The notes beneath the pieces were generated by a model, which had not been told where the DNA came from, searched no databases, and worked only from the letters and a program-made list of their open reading frames with translations. A DNA stretch of 64,000 bases, the filler included, from Sphacelaria rigidula (taxonomy: Eukaryota), in the NCBI GenBank assembly GCA_964200075.2. It is 3 parts of 3 records of this genome, joined end to end, with 100 filler letters (N's around TTAATTAATTAA, not from the genome) between each part and the next. Parts side by side here need not be neighbours in the genome. Positions count along the whole stretch, not along the records: positions 1 to 21,603 come from CAXNAA020000403.1; positions 21,704 to 43,302 come from CAXNAA020000404.1; 1 more part is not named here. One strand, written 5' to 3'. Both the position numbers and the translations under genes were made by a program. Each line of letters opens with the position of its first letter. Position 1 is the first letter of the stretch. Positions 12,533 to 25,000 of the stretch are shown piece after piece.

Positions 12533-15500
12533 TAGGTACCACGACGGCCCACAAGTTGCGCTTTTCGGATACTGCGATTCGATAGTAGACGACCGGGCGA
12601 GTACCGCATTACCCTGCTGTAAGCACCTTAAGTCATTACCGATATCGCTAGCCACCTTCATATGCAAAGGTTCGTGCCATATTATTCAAAAACTTCCACA
12701 AAAAAGTGAACGAAACAAATATCGTCTGCTTGACAACTCATTCAAGATATTCTATACTTGATCACTCCAATCGCCAAACTTTGGATTTCCCTTTGTCAAA
12801 CCAACAGTAGAAAGTGCAATTACCTGCCCCAGCTACACTTGAATACCACAGGCTCACCGATCGCAGATCGCAGCTTGTCGTGCGTCAGAAATCCATCACG
12901 AAATTGACCAACCGAAGCAAGACATAGCCCAAATGAAATGCGGATGACTCTGAAATGAAGAATCCGAAAAAAATCACCGTGAGCGACTCCACATCAGTCG
13001 GTGAGGAGGGAGACGATGAGCCACCCCAACGCGTCGAACGTCCTCGCTAGCATCTACCACACATCCACATCTGTGCCGTGCAGGCACAACCGTTACTATT
13101 ATGAGAATCGCAAGTCGAGAGGATCCTGTGCATGGATTGAGGTGCGAATTTCTCGAGCTTGCTGAAGAGGGCCACACAGAAACTGAACTGGTCTAGAGCC
13201 ATATTGTTGAGTGAACTGTTATTGTACTTTGACTTTTTAGAGTTGTCCTACTCGTGATAATTCAAATTAAATCCCCAGAGCTGGCGACAGGTCGACAAAC
13301 CCGCGCGAGACTTCCTACATGCCTCTCCGTGGTTCATGAGTTTTACCGGTTCCAAAATACCGTCCCCACGGTACATCCTTCGAATGGGCGTGGATGTCGC
13401 ATGGATTCTTCCCTAGGTAAGTTGAACGAGATCTCGAATTCCTCCACCTTCCCGTTGTCATCGACGCTCAACTCCGGAGGCTTGGGGGAGAGAAGCACCT
13501 GAAGCGCTTTAAAGGGGTGCACCCTAGCAATCAGCCCCGCCCTAGCACGCACAGCTTCCACTGGGATAACGAAGGGCAGATGGTGGGCGCGCACGGAGAG
13601 GGTAGGGAGGCATGTACACGAATTGGCCCCCAACAAGTGAAAGGCGCCGGTATCATGTTGGGCGAGGCTGGTGAAACGCGTACTAAATAATACGAAGTAC
13701 ATGATTGCCTTCGATTTTTATTCGTTTTCGACCTCCTTTAGTTGTTTCGGCCGTGAAGGCTCGAGGCCCCGTTCCCTCGCATACGGCACACACCTGCTCT
13801 CCGTCGATTTTCCAATGCCTGAGGACGAAGTTCATCCACCAAAAAGTTATCTGTCGCCTGCAACGAAAGTTTTCCCCAAACATTTCACTGTACGCACTAG
13901 ACAGATCGGAGCACGGAGATTACGCGCACGCGTTTTATTCCCAGTACTCCCAGTACAACATCTTAAACACATATCACCACAAAGTGGGATATGCCCGTAG
14001 ATAGTCTCAAACGAGACAAACCGCAAACTACTGCAGGGCACAGAATAGGGTACGGAGATGTCGGGTATATCTGGTGTCCTCAATAAATTCGACGGCGGAA
14101 CCTCGACGCCTTTTCTTCTTCTCGGGCGACCGCGTAAAAGTCCTAGGTACATTTCTCCACGAAGTGGGCGTGTCAAGGTATCCGAGGGGCCATGAAACAA
14201 CTCTGGTACACAACCCGCCGAAGAGACGATCTTTCGGGAGGGGAGGCGACAAGCCAAGAGGGAGTTCTATCGCTGGGCTTCGCTACACTCAACTCATACT
14301 GTTGTACTACTGTACGGTTCTCCTAAGAGTACACCCCTTGCGCGCTATCAAAAAAACATCAAAACAATTACTGGCTCGCCCCTAAAATACACTATTTAAT
14401 AACACTAACCTGAGCGTACTGTACTGTAGTACCGATCTCCGAGGACCGTTGCTGCTCCGCTGAAAAACATCCGCGGCAAAGGATGGCAAGGTCGATCCTG
14501 CGCCCCCTGCCGTCCTCACAAAAACCTCAAGCGTGAAGCCGAGAAGCCCTGCGGCCTGTTTTTGTCGCCCAGCTGCCCAATGTTCGACCCCACTCCACTG
14601 AGGCTCCCCCTCGTCAAGGACTTTTTCGGCTCCATCGCCGCCATCGACTCGACTGCACGCACCTTATGCAAATGTCGTAAATCTCCCGACACCTCCCACA
14701 AATGCAGAGAGTGGACGCCGCGCTCCCCAAGATACCCCATCTTTTGTAAGGCACCAGCAGCAACCACGAGAGGTACGCCAGCCGTGAGGTTGGCTTATTG
14801 GTGGAGGAAGCCCCGGGGGTGAAGATACTTCTGGAGTAGGGTGGGGGGGCGGGTGTACTCATGATCTTGCATGCCGTAGTCATATGACCATTGACCTCGC
14901 ACCCCTTCAAAGCCGTAACGGAGCAAGCCGGGTTTTCGCCGGACCAGGCTCGCAATCAATCACCAAGCGCGAAGCGCCGCGATGTCTTCGGCGAGGTGTA
15001 TGAAGGGTGAGCTGCATTCTGCTGAGGTTGTTCGACCCGAAGCGTACTGAATATCTTGCATTTAAAATTATAGCCTCCGATGAGTTGCTTCATTTTCTGG
15101 GATTGCCACTTCCAAAGACAGCCACGGGTTTCACACTGCCTCATAGGTGTCTCACCATTTTAAACAGTGCGTAGTATGATCATCCCCCTCGCGCGGAATC
15201 GAGGTTCTCCCACCCCGCAGAGTGTAACCTAGCTCGATCACCATCATGCCTACCGCAAAAAATCGCAAGCGCGCGCAAAACATCTGTAACCTCGTTGCCT
15301 AGCTTAGGCAGTGAGTGACATGTTTTACAGCGTCATTGACAACCGACACCAACCCCATGGGGGTGTGGGGAGGGTCAGCATATCGTACAAGTGCGTACAC
15401 ACCGTGTGTGGCAAGCCGCTGCCTCTCGGCCGATGACGTGCTGTCTGGATTGGGATCCAATGCCGGAATGGACACCTCACGGAGCGCCCGTGTGCCCATT

Positions 15501-15939
15501 GCTCCGGACTCATGCGGTGGCATCGCCAACCCCCCCCCTCCCCACACACCCTCTTCTTCCCCCCTTCACCATTCCCCCGTCACCTCTTGGGTTGGTGTCG
15601 AGTGGCAACGCAGCTGTGAACAAGCCACCAGAACCTGGATAAAAATGTACCGACTGTCACCGTACATATACCAGAGACCGTCACGAGACAAAAAACAAGT
15701 CCCGGACTGACAGACACAATGGACATGCAACAACCTAAATAACTAATTTTGTTTCCCCGAGAAAACACACAACATGGATATAGACACAACAAAACGAAAG
15801 CGTTTTTTTCCCTTCCCTTTCTCTCCTGTTCCTTTTTCTTTATCCTCTTTCTCTAAATTATTTCTTCTTATTTTTTGTTCTTGTTCTCGTGTGTTCTCCG
15901 CTACCATCACACAGTTCAGAAATGCACAGGGAAAAGAGA

Positions 15940-17425
15940 ACCTAATCTAATGCTAATCTCATTCTTCTTTAACCGACCATAATACTGGCCGGACATAAAC
16001 ATGAACTTATGAAGCTGACCATCCTTATTCTTTCACCGACCACAACACAGCTCGGACGTAGACATGAAATAGAGAATCTAATCATCCTTCTTCTTTAATA
16101 TCCCATAACACAGTCCGGGCATAGACATGAAATAGAAACGTCAGCCACCATTTTCTTTAACCTCTATCATAACACAGTCCGGACATAGACATGGAATAGA
16201 GAAGCTGACCATCCTTTTTCTCCAACCTACCAAATGACAGCCCGGACATAGACATGAAATGGAGAAGCTTACCATTCTTTCTTTTGACCTACTATCACAC
16301 CACCCGGACATAGACGTGAAATGTAGAAGCCAGCCATCCTTTTTCTTTAACCGACCATGAAACAGCCCAAACATGGACATGAAATAACGAAGCTAACCAT
16401 CCTTTTTCTTTAATCGATCAAATGACAGCCCGGACGTAGACATGGAATAGAGAAGCTGACCACCCTTTTTCTTTAACCTACCATAGCACAGCTCAGACAT
16501 AGACGTAAAATGGCGGAGCTAACCGTCGGTTTTCTTCAACCTACTATAACATAGCTAGGACATAGGCATAAAATAGGAAAGCTAACCATCCCTTTTGTTC
16601 AACCGACCATAACACAACCCCGATATGGACATAAAATGAAGAAGCTAACCATCCCTTTTCTTTAACCGACCAAATGACAGCCCGGACATAGACATGAAAT
16701 AGAGAAGCTAACCATCCTTTTTCTTGAACCGACCACATCACAGCCCATATATATAGAACTGGGCGCCTGAACTATTATTTCTTTAGAGTTTTTTTTTCTC
16801 GCGACTACTTTTCGATAGAACTCGAAAGTGCTAGCGTCGGTAGATCGTGGTAACATGAACGAATCATCTTCCTCCCTCAGCGCCCAAGCTAGTGTTAGTT
16901 GGTTTTATCGAGGGATAAGAGTAGATACCCAGTTTATCAGGGGGTGTTATTGGCCGTGGAGCATAGGTTTCTGGCTCTAGTGCAATTAGTTGGTATACTT
17001 TCAAAATACAAACCTGTACATTACTTCACAAATACGATCGGGATAGGCCCGGTCGACCGAAAATACTCAAGAATCAGAATCTAGGTTGACACGTGTCAGG
17101 ACCTCCGACGACCGGTCAGCCCGTAAGTCACTCAATATTGATTGCAGATGATTTTTTTCTTGGAATGTGGACCATGTACAAGTATCTTCAGATCCTCAAT
17201 GTGATGAGTGGTGTATGCAAAAGAGCCTAAGAAGGACATGAATTACGAAGAAATTACACAGTGAATCTTCAGGCGCCCGCTACTGTAGATATGGAATGAC
17301 AAAGCTTCCCATCCCTTTTCTGTGACCGACCGTATTGCCGTCCGGACATAGACATGACCTAGAGGAGCTAACCATCCTTGTCGTTGACCTACCATAATAC
17401 AACCCGGACATGGACGTGGAATAGC
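15940..17425. repeat. Diverged ~63-bp tandem minisatellite (about 13 units, then about 2 more after the MITE insertion)
   Basis: Unit approximately CCGGACATAGACATGAAATAGAGAAGCTAACCATCCTTTTTCTTTAACCGACCATAACACAGC, recurring every ~62-64 bp. Confidence 0.9.
16754..17285. mobile_element. Second, inverted copy of the CAGT/TA MITE, inserted in the 63-bp minisatellite
   Basis: Ends GGGCGCCTGAA ... TTCAGGCGCCCGCTACTG|TA. Internal sequence is reverse-complement homologous to ~12050-12500. Confidence 0.75.
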
Positions 17426-18449
17426 GAGAAAAACAGCTCTATTTTCTCATATCAAAAAGGAAACAACCGAGATTCTTCCCCATATATTGTAACAAAGGTG
17501 AGACAAGAGTAAAACCAAAACCTAGACATGTAAGTAACAGCGTGAAGGTTGACCACCTTACATGTAAATCGAAAGTACAAAATATATAACAAGTACGGAT
17601 AGGGTAGGGCCATCACCCCCTCCATGTCACATTCACACAGAGGTTGGGATCTCGTGGTGAGATACTCGTCAAACCTTACTGGTTTCCATTGGGCGGCGGA
17701 AGCCTGGTCAGCCATTTCCAGAATTTTCCGATGTTAGGTGCAAAAGGCGCCAAATGAAGGGAAGGGATGGATAATGCATGACATAAACGTCAAGACCTAC
17801 TGCAATCATGGAACAAACGCCTTACCGATAACCGACCACATGACCTACGAGAAGGAACACCAAGCGGTACGTAGACTTCTTGAGATCTTGAAGGATAGAA
17901 GCTGGTACAGAGCGTGGGGGAATCGTTGGCAAAGCTTTCGGCAGCGAAGGTCTACTTGGGGAGCATTAGTGGAGTAGCGACTCTTGGTGAATCGTACACG
18001 GAGGGGAAAGAAGTGATGTACGAGACATCCCGATGTGAGTAAGGCCTTGTGTAATGCAAGCCGTTCTTGAACCTCACGCGGTGAAAATGACCCCCCTGGA
18101 GGAAGGTGACCAGTACAGCAGCGGGGTGAAAAAATAGAATATGCAATCGTGGGACGCCTGGATGGTTCACCATGAAGACCGCCTGGCACAAACGTGGAGT
18201 ACTTGTGTCGAAGGTGTTGAACTTGGCTTCAGGCTACGAGCCCGTGTTGGAGGCATTACTTAGTGTCGGTGAGCCAGCAAGAGGACTAAATGGCACCAGC
18301 CCCCCAACAAGTACTAGGATTGGGATATCCCAGTACCTTGCCTAGATCCCACCAACGCACTCGAACCGATTGAGCTGGAGATTCTCTCGAAAGAAATCGA
18401 GAGAGAGAGAGACGGTGAGGAAAGGCGGGTGGAGAAGTAAAGAGTAGAC

Positions 18450-18745
18450 GGGCACAGTACTAATAGTGCTGGTATTCGGAGTTCGTAGCGACATGACGAG
18501 AACAGAGTTGAGAAGAAAATGCAATGGAGTTGGATTATACTATTTGGCAAGAGGAGAAGTCGAAAGGGAGGGATCACTTCCGAGTCACACTAAAACAGAG
18601 CGCGAGCAAGCTGTGGGAAAGGATAGAAACAAGTAAGGTATGGGCATGGGTTTGAAGGGTAGGACGGAGAGTATGCATTGCTAATGGAATAACGAACCTA
18701 AGACGTAGTCCACCGGCAAACGACGAGACAGAGAGGCAGCAACAG
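18450..18745 (+). mobile_element. Inverted fragment of the same LINE family's 5' region
   Basis: 18610-18715(+) reads WERIETSKVWAWV*RVGRRVCIANGITNLRRSP, homologous to WERVETSKVSAWVRRVGWRACITDGTTNLRRSP at ~21395-21495(-). Confidence 0.7.
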
Positions 18746-18779
18746 GTGAGTGCCCGGAAGTATGTATGCTGGTCTACAA

Positions 18780-21480
18780 TTGGTAGTCCCTCGTCTCTCT
18801 ACTTCCATTTGAATTCTATCGGATTTTTCTTATCTTCGTTACAAGAGATTTCCGCGCATTTGTTTACGTTCGCTGTCACTCTCCATTTCCTAGTGTATCT
18901 TAGCGCCTTCTCTATCTTTTTCTGCAATCCTTCTGCTGTTCCTGGAATCCCCACAAAATTATCCTCGAACATCAATCCTGATACCATATCTTTACCCACC
19001 TTGACGCCATGGTTTGCTGCTTCTCTTTCTATTATCAGGTAATTAACAAACACCTCGAATAAGGTGGGTGATGACGTACATCCTTGTGCAACTCCTTGTA
19101 AGATATTGGAATATTCGATATTTCCCCGCCTAGCATCATAGTACTTTTGGCACATTCTGTCATCTTCTTCGCCATTCTCCACATCTTTCCTCTGATCCCA
19201 GTTTCCCTCAACTTTTCCCGCAGCCCATTCCTCCATACTGTATCATAGACTTTGTACGTCCAGAAACAAACAGTACGTTGTCAACCCGGTGTCTTTCCTA
19301 CCGTGGATAATTTTGTCCAGTGTGTACACATAGTCTACGCTACTACGGTTTGGTCTAAAACCTGCTTGTCCCTCGCTGAGTTTCTCTTTCCTCGCTAGCA
19401 TCGTTCCCACTTTATCGTTCAGAATCTGACGGAATGTTTTCACTCCGGTGCTTAGTAGCGTTATCTCTCTATAATTTTCTGGGTCAACCTTGTCTCCTTT
19501 TTCGAAAAGGTTGACTACCAGTCCTTCTCTCCACCTCTTGGGTGTGTACTCGCTTTCTCAGGTCCAGCTATACGGCATAACCATCATGGTAATCATCCCT
19601 TCTCTCCCGTACTTTATAAATTCGTTCACAATTTCTTTCGCCCCTACTGCCTTACTGTTCTTGAGTTTAGCTACAAACTTCTTCACTGCATGTCTGGTAA
19701 ATTATCTCCGAAATTCTTTGAAGCCACTATCCTCCTGTTTTGACGTCTCTACATTTGCCTCTGCCCAGGCGTTGATTTCCTTTTCCAATTCCGTGTCGAA
19801 CTTCGTGTTAGTTTGAGGTGCTCCTGGTTTATGATAGTGCTCGACTAGCACTCCTCTCTCCCCCTTCGAACGACCGGCCATTTTACTGTTCTGTGCCCGT
19901 AGTGCGGCTATGCCCTTGTTTATTTTACCTGCCTGATTACCCATGATCCATTGTATCCCTACCCACATTTGTTTCATCCCGCCATCGAAATCTTCATTCG
20001 TTTTATTCACTACATATTTCCACATTCCCTTCTTTTTCGTCTCTACCATCTTATGTTTCGCTTCGTTTCGAGCTTTAGTATGCTCCTCCCATCCTACCGT
20101 AGTGTTACTCGATATGCATCTCGCGTGGGTCTCTTTCCTTACTCTTATAGTCTCTTCGACTTCCTCATCCCACCATTTTACTGCTTTGTTGCATGCGATC
20201 AGTTGCTTCCCTCTGACTTCATCCGCTGTGTTCTTGACCAATTGATCCCATCCTTCTATGATCTTCGCTCCTGCTCGACCCGTTTCGATTTCGATATCAA
20301 CTGTACCTGCGCGTTCCAACAGCTCGGAAGATTTCGTCGCATTTTTGGCCATCTCTTCTTAGAACTCTTGCTGTTTTTTTTTCCATATCTAGTTTATCGA
20401 TTCTTCATTTGTACAACCTCCTACCTCGCCTATTTCTTTTAGCTCTCGTCTGTTGGCTTTCTGTCCATATTAGGCAATGATCTGTAGTTTGCACGTCCTC
20501 CGCGCACTCATGTACTTCCATTTCTTCACCATTTCCATGCTCCACCACTATAAAGTCAAGAACGGAATGTTCTATGTTGTTTTTGCATTTTCTAGTCTAT
20601 GTCCTTGCGCCTCAGCTTTAGTGCTCTGTCGTTCAGCGTCTTCATCTCGTTATTCTCAAGGAACTGCAGCATTTCTACCCCATCCGTGCTCTTCATATCT
20701 TCCCCATATTGCCCACTGATATCATCCGGTTGACCTGCTTCTCCAACCCTTGCATTCAAGTCTTCCACTGACATTACTTGTGTACAGCTACCGCCATCTC
20801 TCCAAACCTCTGCCGTATATCGTTTACCCTACTCTTTGATTCTGGGGATATATAGATGTTACCTACGATGTCCTTCGTTCCCAGCTCTCCTTGTATACAT
20901 ATTCATATGCTCTCTTCGAATTTCGTGTCTTCGATCACTCCAATAAATGTCACACAGGTATTCCTTGACTAAGAATCCTACTCCCCCCGCTCCCCTGCTC
21001 TTGGGCTTCTGTCCCTTCCGCTTTTCCCAATCCATGCGTACTCTTAAACTTTGCATCCTGCGTTCGCCCCCCCTTTCTCCCATGACTCTTGGATTCCCAC
21101 TTTATCTAAGTCGCGTTTGCTTACTTGTCAGGCTATCTCTATTATTTTGCGCTCGTCTGTGCCGAATCCACACACGTTCCACGATCCTATGCTCAACTTC
21201 CTCTCCGAACCATTAGCTGCTCTCGTGTTGTCTACTGTTCTCTCTCCGTCTCTCTCATTTCTACTTTCCCTCGCTTGACAGTTCTGCCCCTCGCCGGCTT
21301 GGTCTTTGTCTAGTTGATTCGGGCCTCTATGTCTCCTTCCCTTCCCCTTCCGGGCATTCACCTTCTCCTGCTTCTCTTTCCTGCCGGTTACCCGTGGACT
21401 ACGTCTTAGGTTTGTTGTTCCGTCAGTAATACATGCTCTCCATCCTACCCTTCTAACCCATGCCGACACCTTACTTGTCT
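18780..21480 (-). mobile_element. Degenerate non-LTR retrotransposon (LINE) with APE endonuclease and reverse transcriptase, 3'-truncated
   Basis: Fragmented frames: LSIGSWNVCGF, GGVGFLVK, DLNARVG (APE). KAVKWWDEE, EGQAGFRPNRS, CLFLDVQ, GVAQGCTSSPTLF, LMFEDN (degenerate FADD), KWRVTANVNKC (RT). Many frameshifts and stops. Confidence 0.92.
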
Positions 21481-21603
21481 CTACCCTTTCCCACTCCATG
21501 CTCGTGAATGGTGGGGCACCCGTGAGGCAGTGCATAAGCCGTCTCTGTCTCTGGAAGTGGCGATACCAGAAGAAAAAGCAACTCATTGGAGGCTGTCATC
21601 CAA

Positions 21604-21703
21604 NNNNNNNNNNNNNNNNNNNNNNNNNNNNNNNNNNNNNNNNNNNNTTAATTAATTAANNNNNNNNNNNNNNNNNNNNNNNNNNNNNNNNNNNNNNNNN
21701 NNN
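21604..21703. other. Assembly gap with artificial TTAATTAATTAA linker
   Basis: N-run + TTAATTAATTAA + N-run, 100 nt; identical design at 43303-43402. Confidence 0.97.
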
Positions 21704-22064
21704 ATGAGATTTGAAATACCGGATTGGGTCGGTATCGGTAGGGTATGAGATGTCCCAAATACCGGCACCGGGTACCTACCTTACCTACGGTGGCTATGCA
21801 ATATTTCTCTGAGGCTCTGCACTTCGGGAGCCCCTCGATGACAAAATATCTGGGTCTTGAAATAGTGTGCAGACTCAGAAAACGTTTTGATCACAAGAAG
21901 CACCCCTGCAGTATAATCACTTTCTACATGGATGAAAAAGTACACTCATGCGCGGCCACTCTGCTGGTGGGGGTCTTCCAAAACGTCACGCCACGCCAAA
22001 CATGAAGACCGTTCTAGTAGTAAGAGTACTACCATTTTCGGTGCGCATTTAGCAAAGGACATAC

Positions 22065-25000
22065 CTGAACTGTTCAGCCGTTGGTGCAGGTAGACCGTTC
22101 TCGATATAGCACCGAGAGCTCGGGCCATCGTGGCATTCATCCGTGTCGTCGTAGTATGACTCCATTTCTCTGAACGTCCCCTGCCACACGTGAGAAATCA
22201 TGACTGATACCCACAGGCCCAGAGCCAGAATTTCGCCGACACTCATCCATCTGAAACACGGCAAAACACAGCCAGTACACGATGATTTGAATCAATCGAA
22301 GGATCACGCAACACAACAACGCGTGGGATACATTTATAGAGCATTCACCGACCAACAGCAACGACAATAGCGGTAAGTGGCCATACTTCCTCTGAGGTCG
22401 TTGTGAGAACGCAGGCCCTTAACCGTCACCAATGCAAAAGGTGATGATTTTTTTTAATATTCGGTGGGTTTTTTCATTAAAACCCGCGTCTTTTTTCTTT
22501 TCTACGCGCACCTTAATGCATGCATGGACGGCCGACAAAGATCAGTCGGCCCAGAAAAGGCCGTATTGTGCTCATTTCTGGTGAAACAGCGAAGAGCGTT
22601 GGGAACCCAAAAAAAACAAAAATTTACGGGAAAACGTCGATATAACCCCATGCCTCCAATTCATCAGCTTTGTACGATACTCACGCCTCGTCGAAAACCA
22701 CTTGGCCACATAGCTGCCCCCATTTGGTTACAAAAAAAGCAATGAAAAGTAGTTTTTTTGCCGAAAATGGTAGAATGGGTCGAAATTGGCCATGTTTCGA
22801 CCCACGACGTGTCAGCAAGTACCACTCAGATTTTTGTTCCGTTTATTTTATGAGGATCACCGTGTCAACAGCTTTTCAACAAGCCAAATTGCAGCATCGT
22901 GGGTAGCTCCATTATCGAGATATGATCTTAATATTCGAGATTTTGTTTTTGTTGCCAGGTTATTAAAGGTATCTCAAACTCGAGAGTACCGGTATTTTTC
23001 ACTGTGATCACAGATGCCGATATCGGGAATCTCGAGTTTCTCATACTCGAGGTTCCCTACATATGCATCTGTAAATTTCGGGGGGAAATACCAGGAACCT
23101 CGAGTTTGAGGTATCCACGATATATCTGGGGAAAGAGGGGTCAACGCGCTGGTCGGCCAGAAGGGGGGGTCGCCTGCCGAACGAGCATCATCTCTATTAG
23201 GAAAATGACTGTGGCGCTCGGATGATTCCCCCTGGCGATCGAAGGGCTAACGCCTCCGAATAGAAACGCGACCAACGGAAGGCAGACTCTTAGCGGAAGA
23301 CGAACAGCTACCTGAACAGGGGAAAGAAACGTGATGAGTCGAGATTCGTGGGGTGATAGAATCGGTAGGGCATAGGTGGGGAGGTACAGTAGAGCCGTGA
23401 AGGCGAATGTGAGAATATGAGGAGGTACAGGATGGGGGTTTGAGGGCAGCTGTGCCACAGCTGGGGGGGTGGGAGGGGGGAAGTATATAGTAGACCTAAA
23501 AAACAATTGATGATTGCATTGGCACGCTTTTTCCTGTTTACTCTCGGCATTTCGTTAGTTGGAATGAAGTCAAAACATACGTTAACCCTTTGGCCACGAG
23601 CAGAGGTAATCTGTTGGAACAGCATCATTTTCACTTGAAATATGGATGAATGACCATACGGCATACCGTCGCGGTCAAAAGGTGAAATAGCCCGTCTATT
23701 CCGCAGAAAACACCAAAACATGACGTCCATCTAGACACCATACATACACTGCCAAAGGTGTGAGAGGACCGCGTGCTTAGGGGACCGCATCGAAGTTCAA
23801 AACAACTCAGGATCGGCGTTTTTCAGAACCGATCGGGCCAGTCCCTACAGGGACCATCACCTAGACCCTAACGCTATCACTAACCCAAACTCAAACCCTA
23901 ACCCTAAGGGTGTTCAAATTCCAGTGCGGCCCCCTATGCACGCGGTCCTCTCACGCATTACAGCGTGTCTCATGAAAACACACACAACCAGAGAGAGTGG
24001 GCGGCGGGACCGAATTTGTGCATATCGTCGTTTGGAGCAGTTCGGACTCCACCATTATTGAAGTGCCAAGAGCGTGTCTCAGGAGAAAAAGAACATGGCC
24101 AGGAAGAACAAGCGCTTGTGTTGACGAGCCAAAAAAAGTTACAACCCGCCATGAGAGTTAATCCTTACTAGACCGCGATGCTGGTAGTCCATCTAGATCA
24201 CGCATATACTTTTCTCAAGTGAAATTTGATGCCGGTTCAGCAGGTGACCTACCCTCGCGGTCCAAGGGTCACAAGTGTTTTCTTTTTTCTCTTGTCCTTC
24301 CAATTGGTTGCCCCCATCACCTATCGACCAATCAGGAGGACGAAAAAAACATAATCACCAGAACTGCCAAAATCACTCTCACTCTTACCGCGCGCGTTCT
24401 GATTTTGTTTTTGTCTCGTACAATCAGGCCCTAAGCGGCGAAACAGAGCTCGTGCGTTTCGTCGTTTCGGACGGTTTGGGTCACACATAATTTTTTACGG
24501 TCAGAAGACGAAAATATGGAGAGGGGATCACCCAACTGACGGAAATAGCACACCCCGCCTCACAGTTGTTCACACTGTTGTGATCACGAAATGCATTGTG
24601 TACTTTCGATACAGGGTCCGATACCCCATCAAGTATTTTCTTGATCGATCAATGTTTTTCTAAACTATGAGAAATCAACGTTTTCGTGAGATTGAGAGTA
24701 GAGCACTGATTGCGGGTGGGTTCTATCATTCTCTTCGACTGGTCAATTTTTCATTACGCGTGTGCTTTTCTTTGTATCACTGGCGTGTGTTTCCGGCTAC
24801 ACGTGGGTATCCTACTCAGGGATATCGAGGACTTCTGTGTCGAGTTACCACAGAAAGCATATCGGGCCTCGTGGAGTGGCATTTTGGAACTGAAACGGTT
24901 CATTCATGATTTGACCGCTTCTCACTCTCAATCGTATCCTCAGCTCTCACTTTCACGAATAACATTGTTAAAACCCGTTCAATCGATATGCCTATTAATA

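Noticed and set aside
15940-16750. Possible CRISPR-like array
   Set aside because: Units are homologous along their whole length with no unique spacers, no cas genes are present, and the context is eukaryotic.
11996-17285. Two ~535-bp inverted homologs as long TIRs of one 5.3-kb transposon
   Set aside because: Each copy has its own TIRs and TA flanks, and they are substantially diverged, so they are independent MITE insertions.
21648-21659. TTAATTAATTAA motif within N-runs (also at ~43347)
   Set aside because: Artificial six-frame-stop scaffold linker, not biology.
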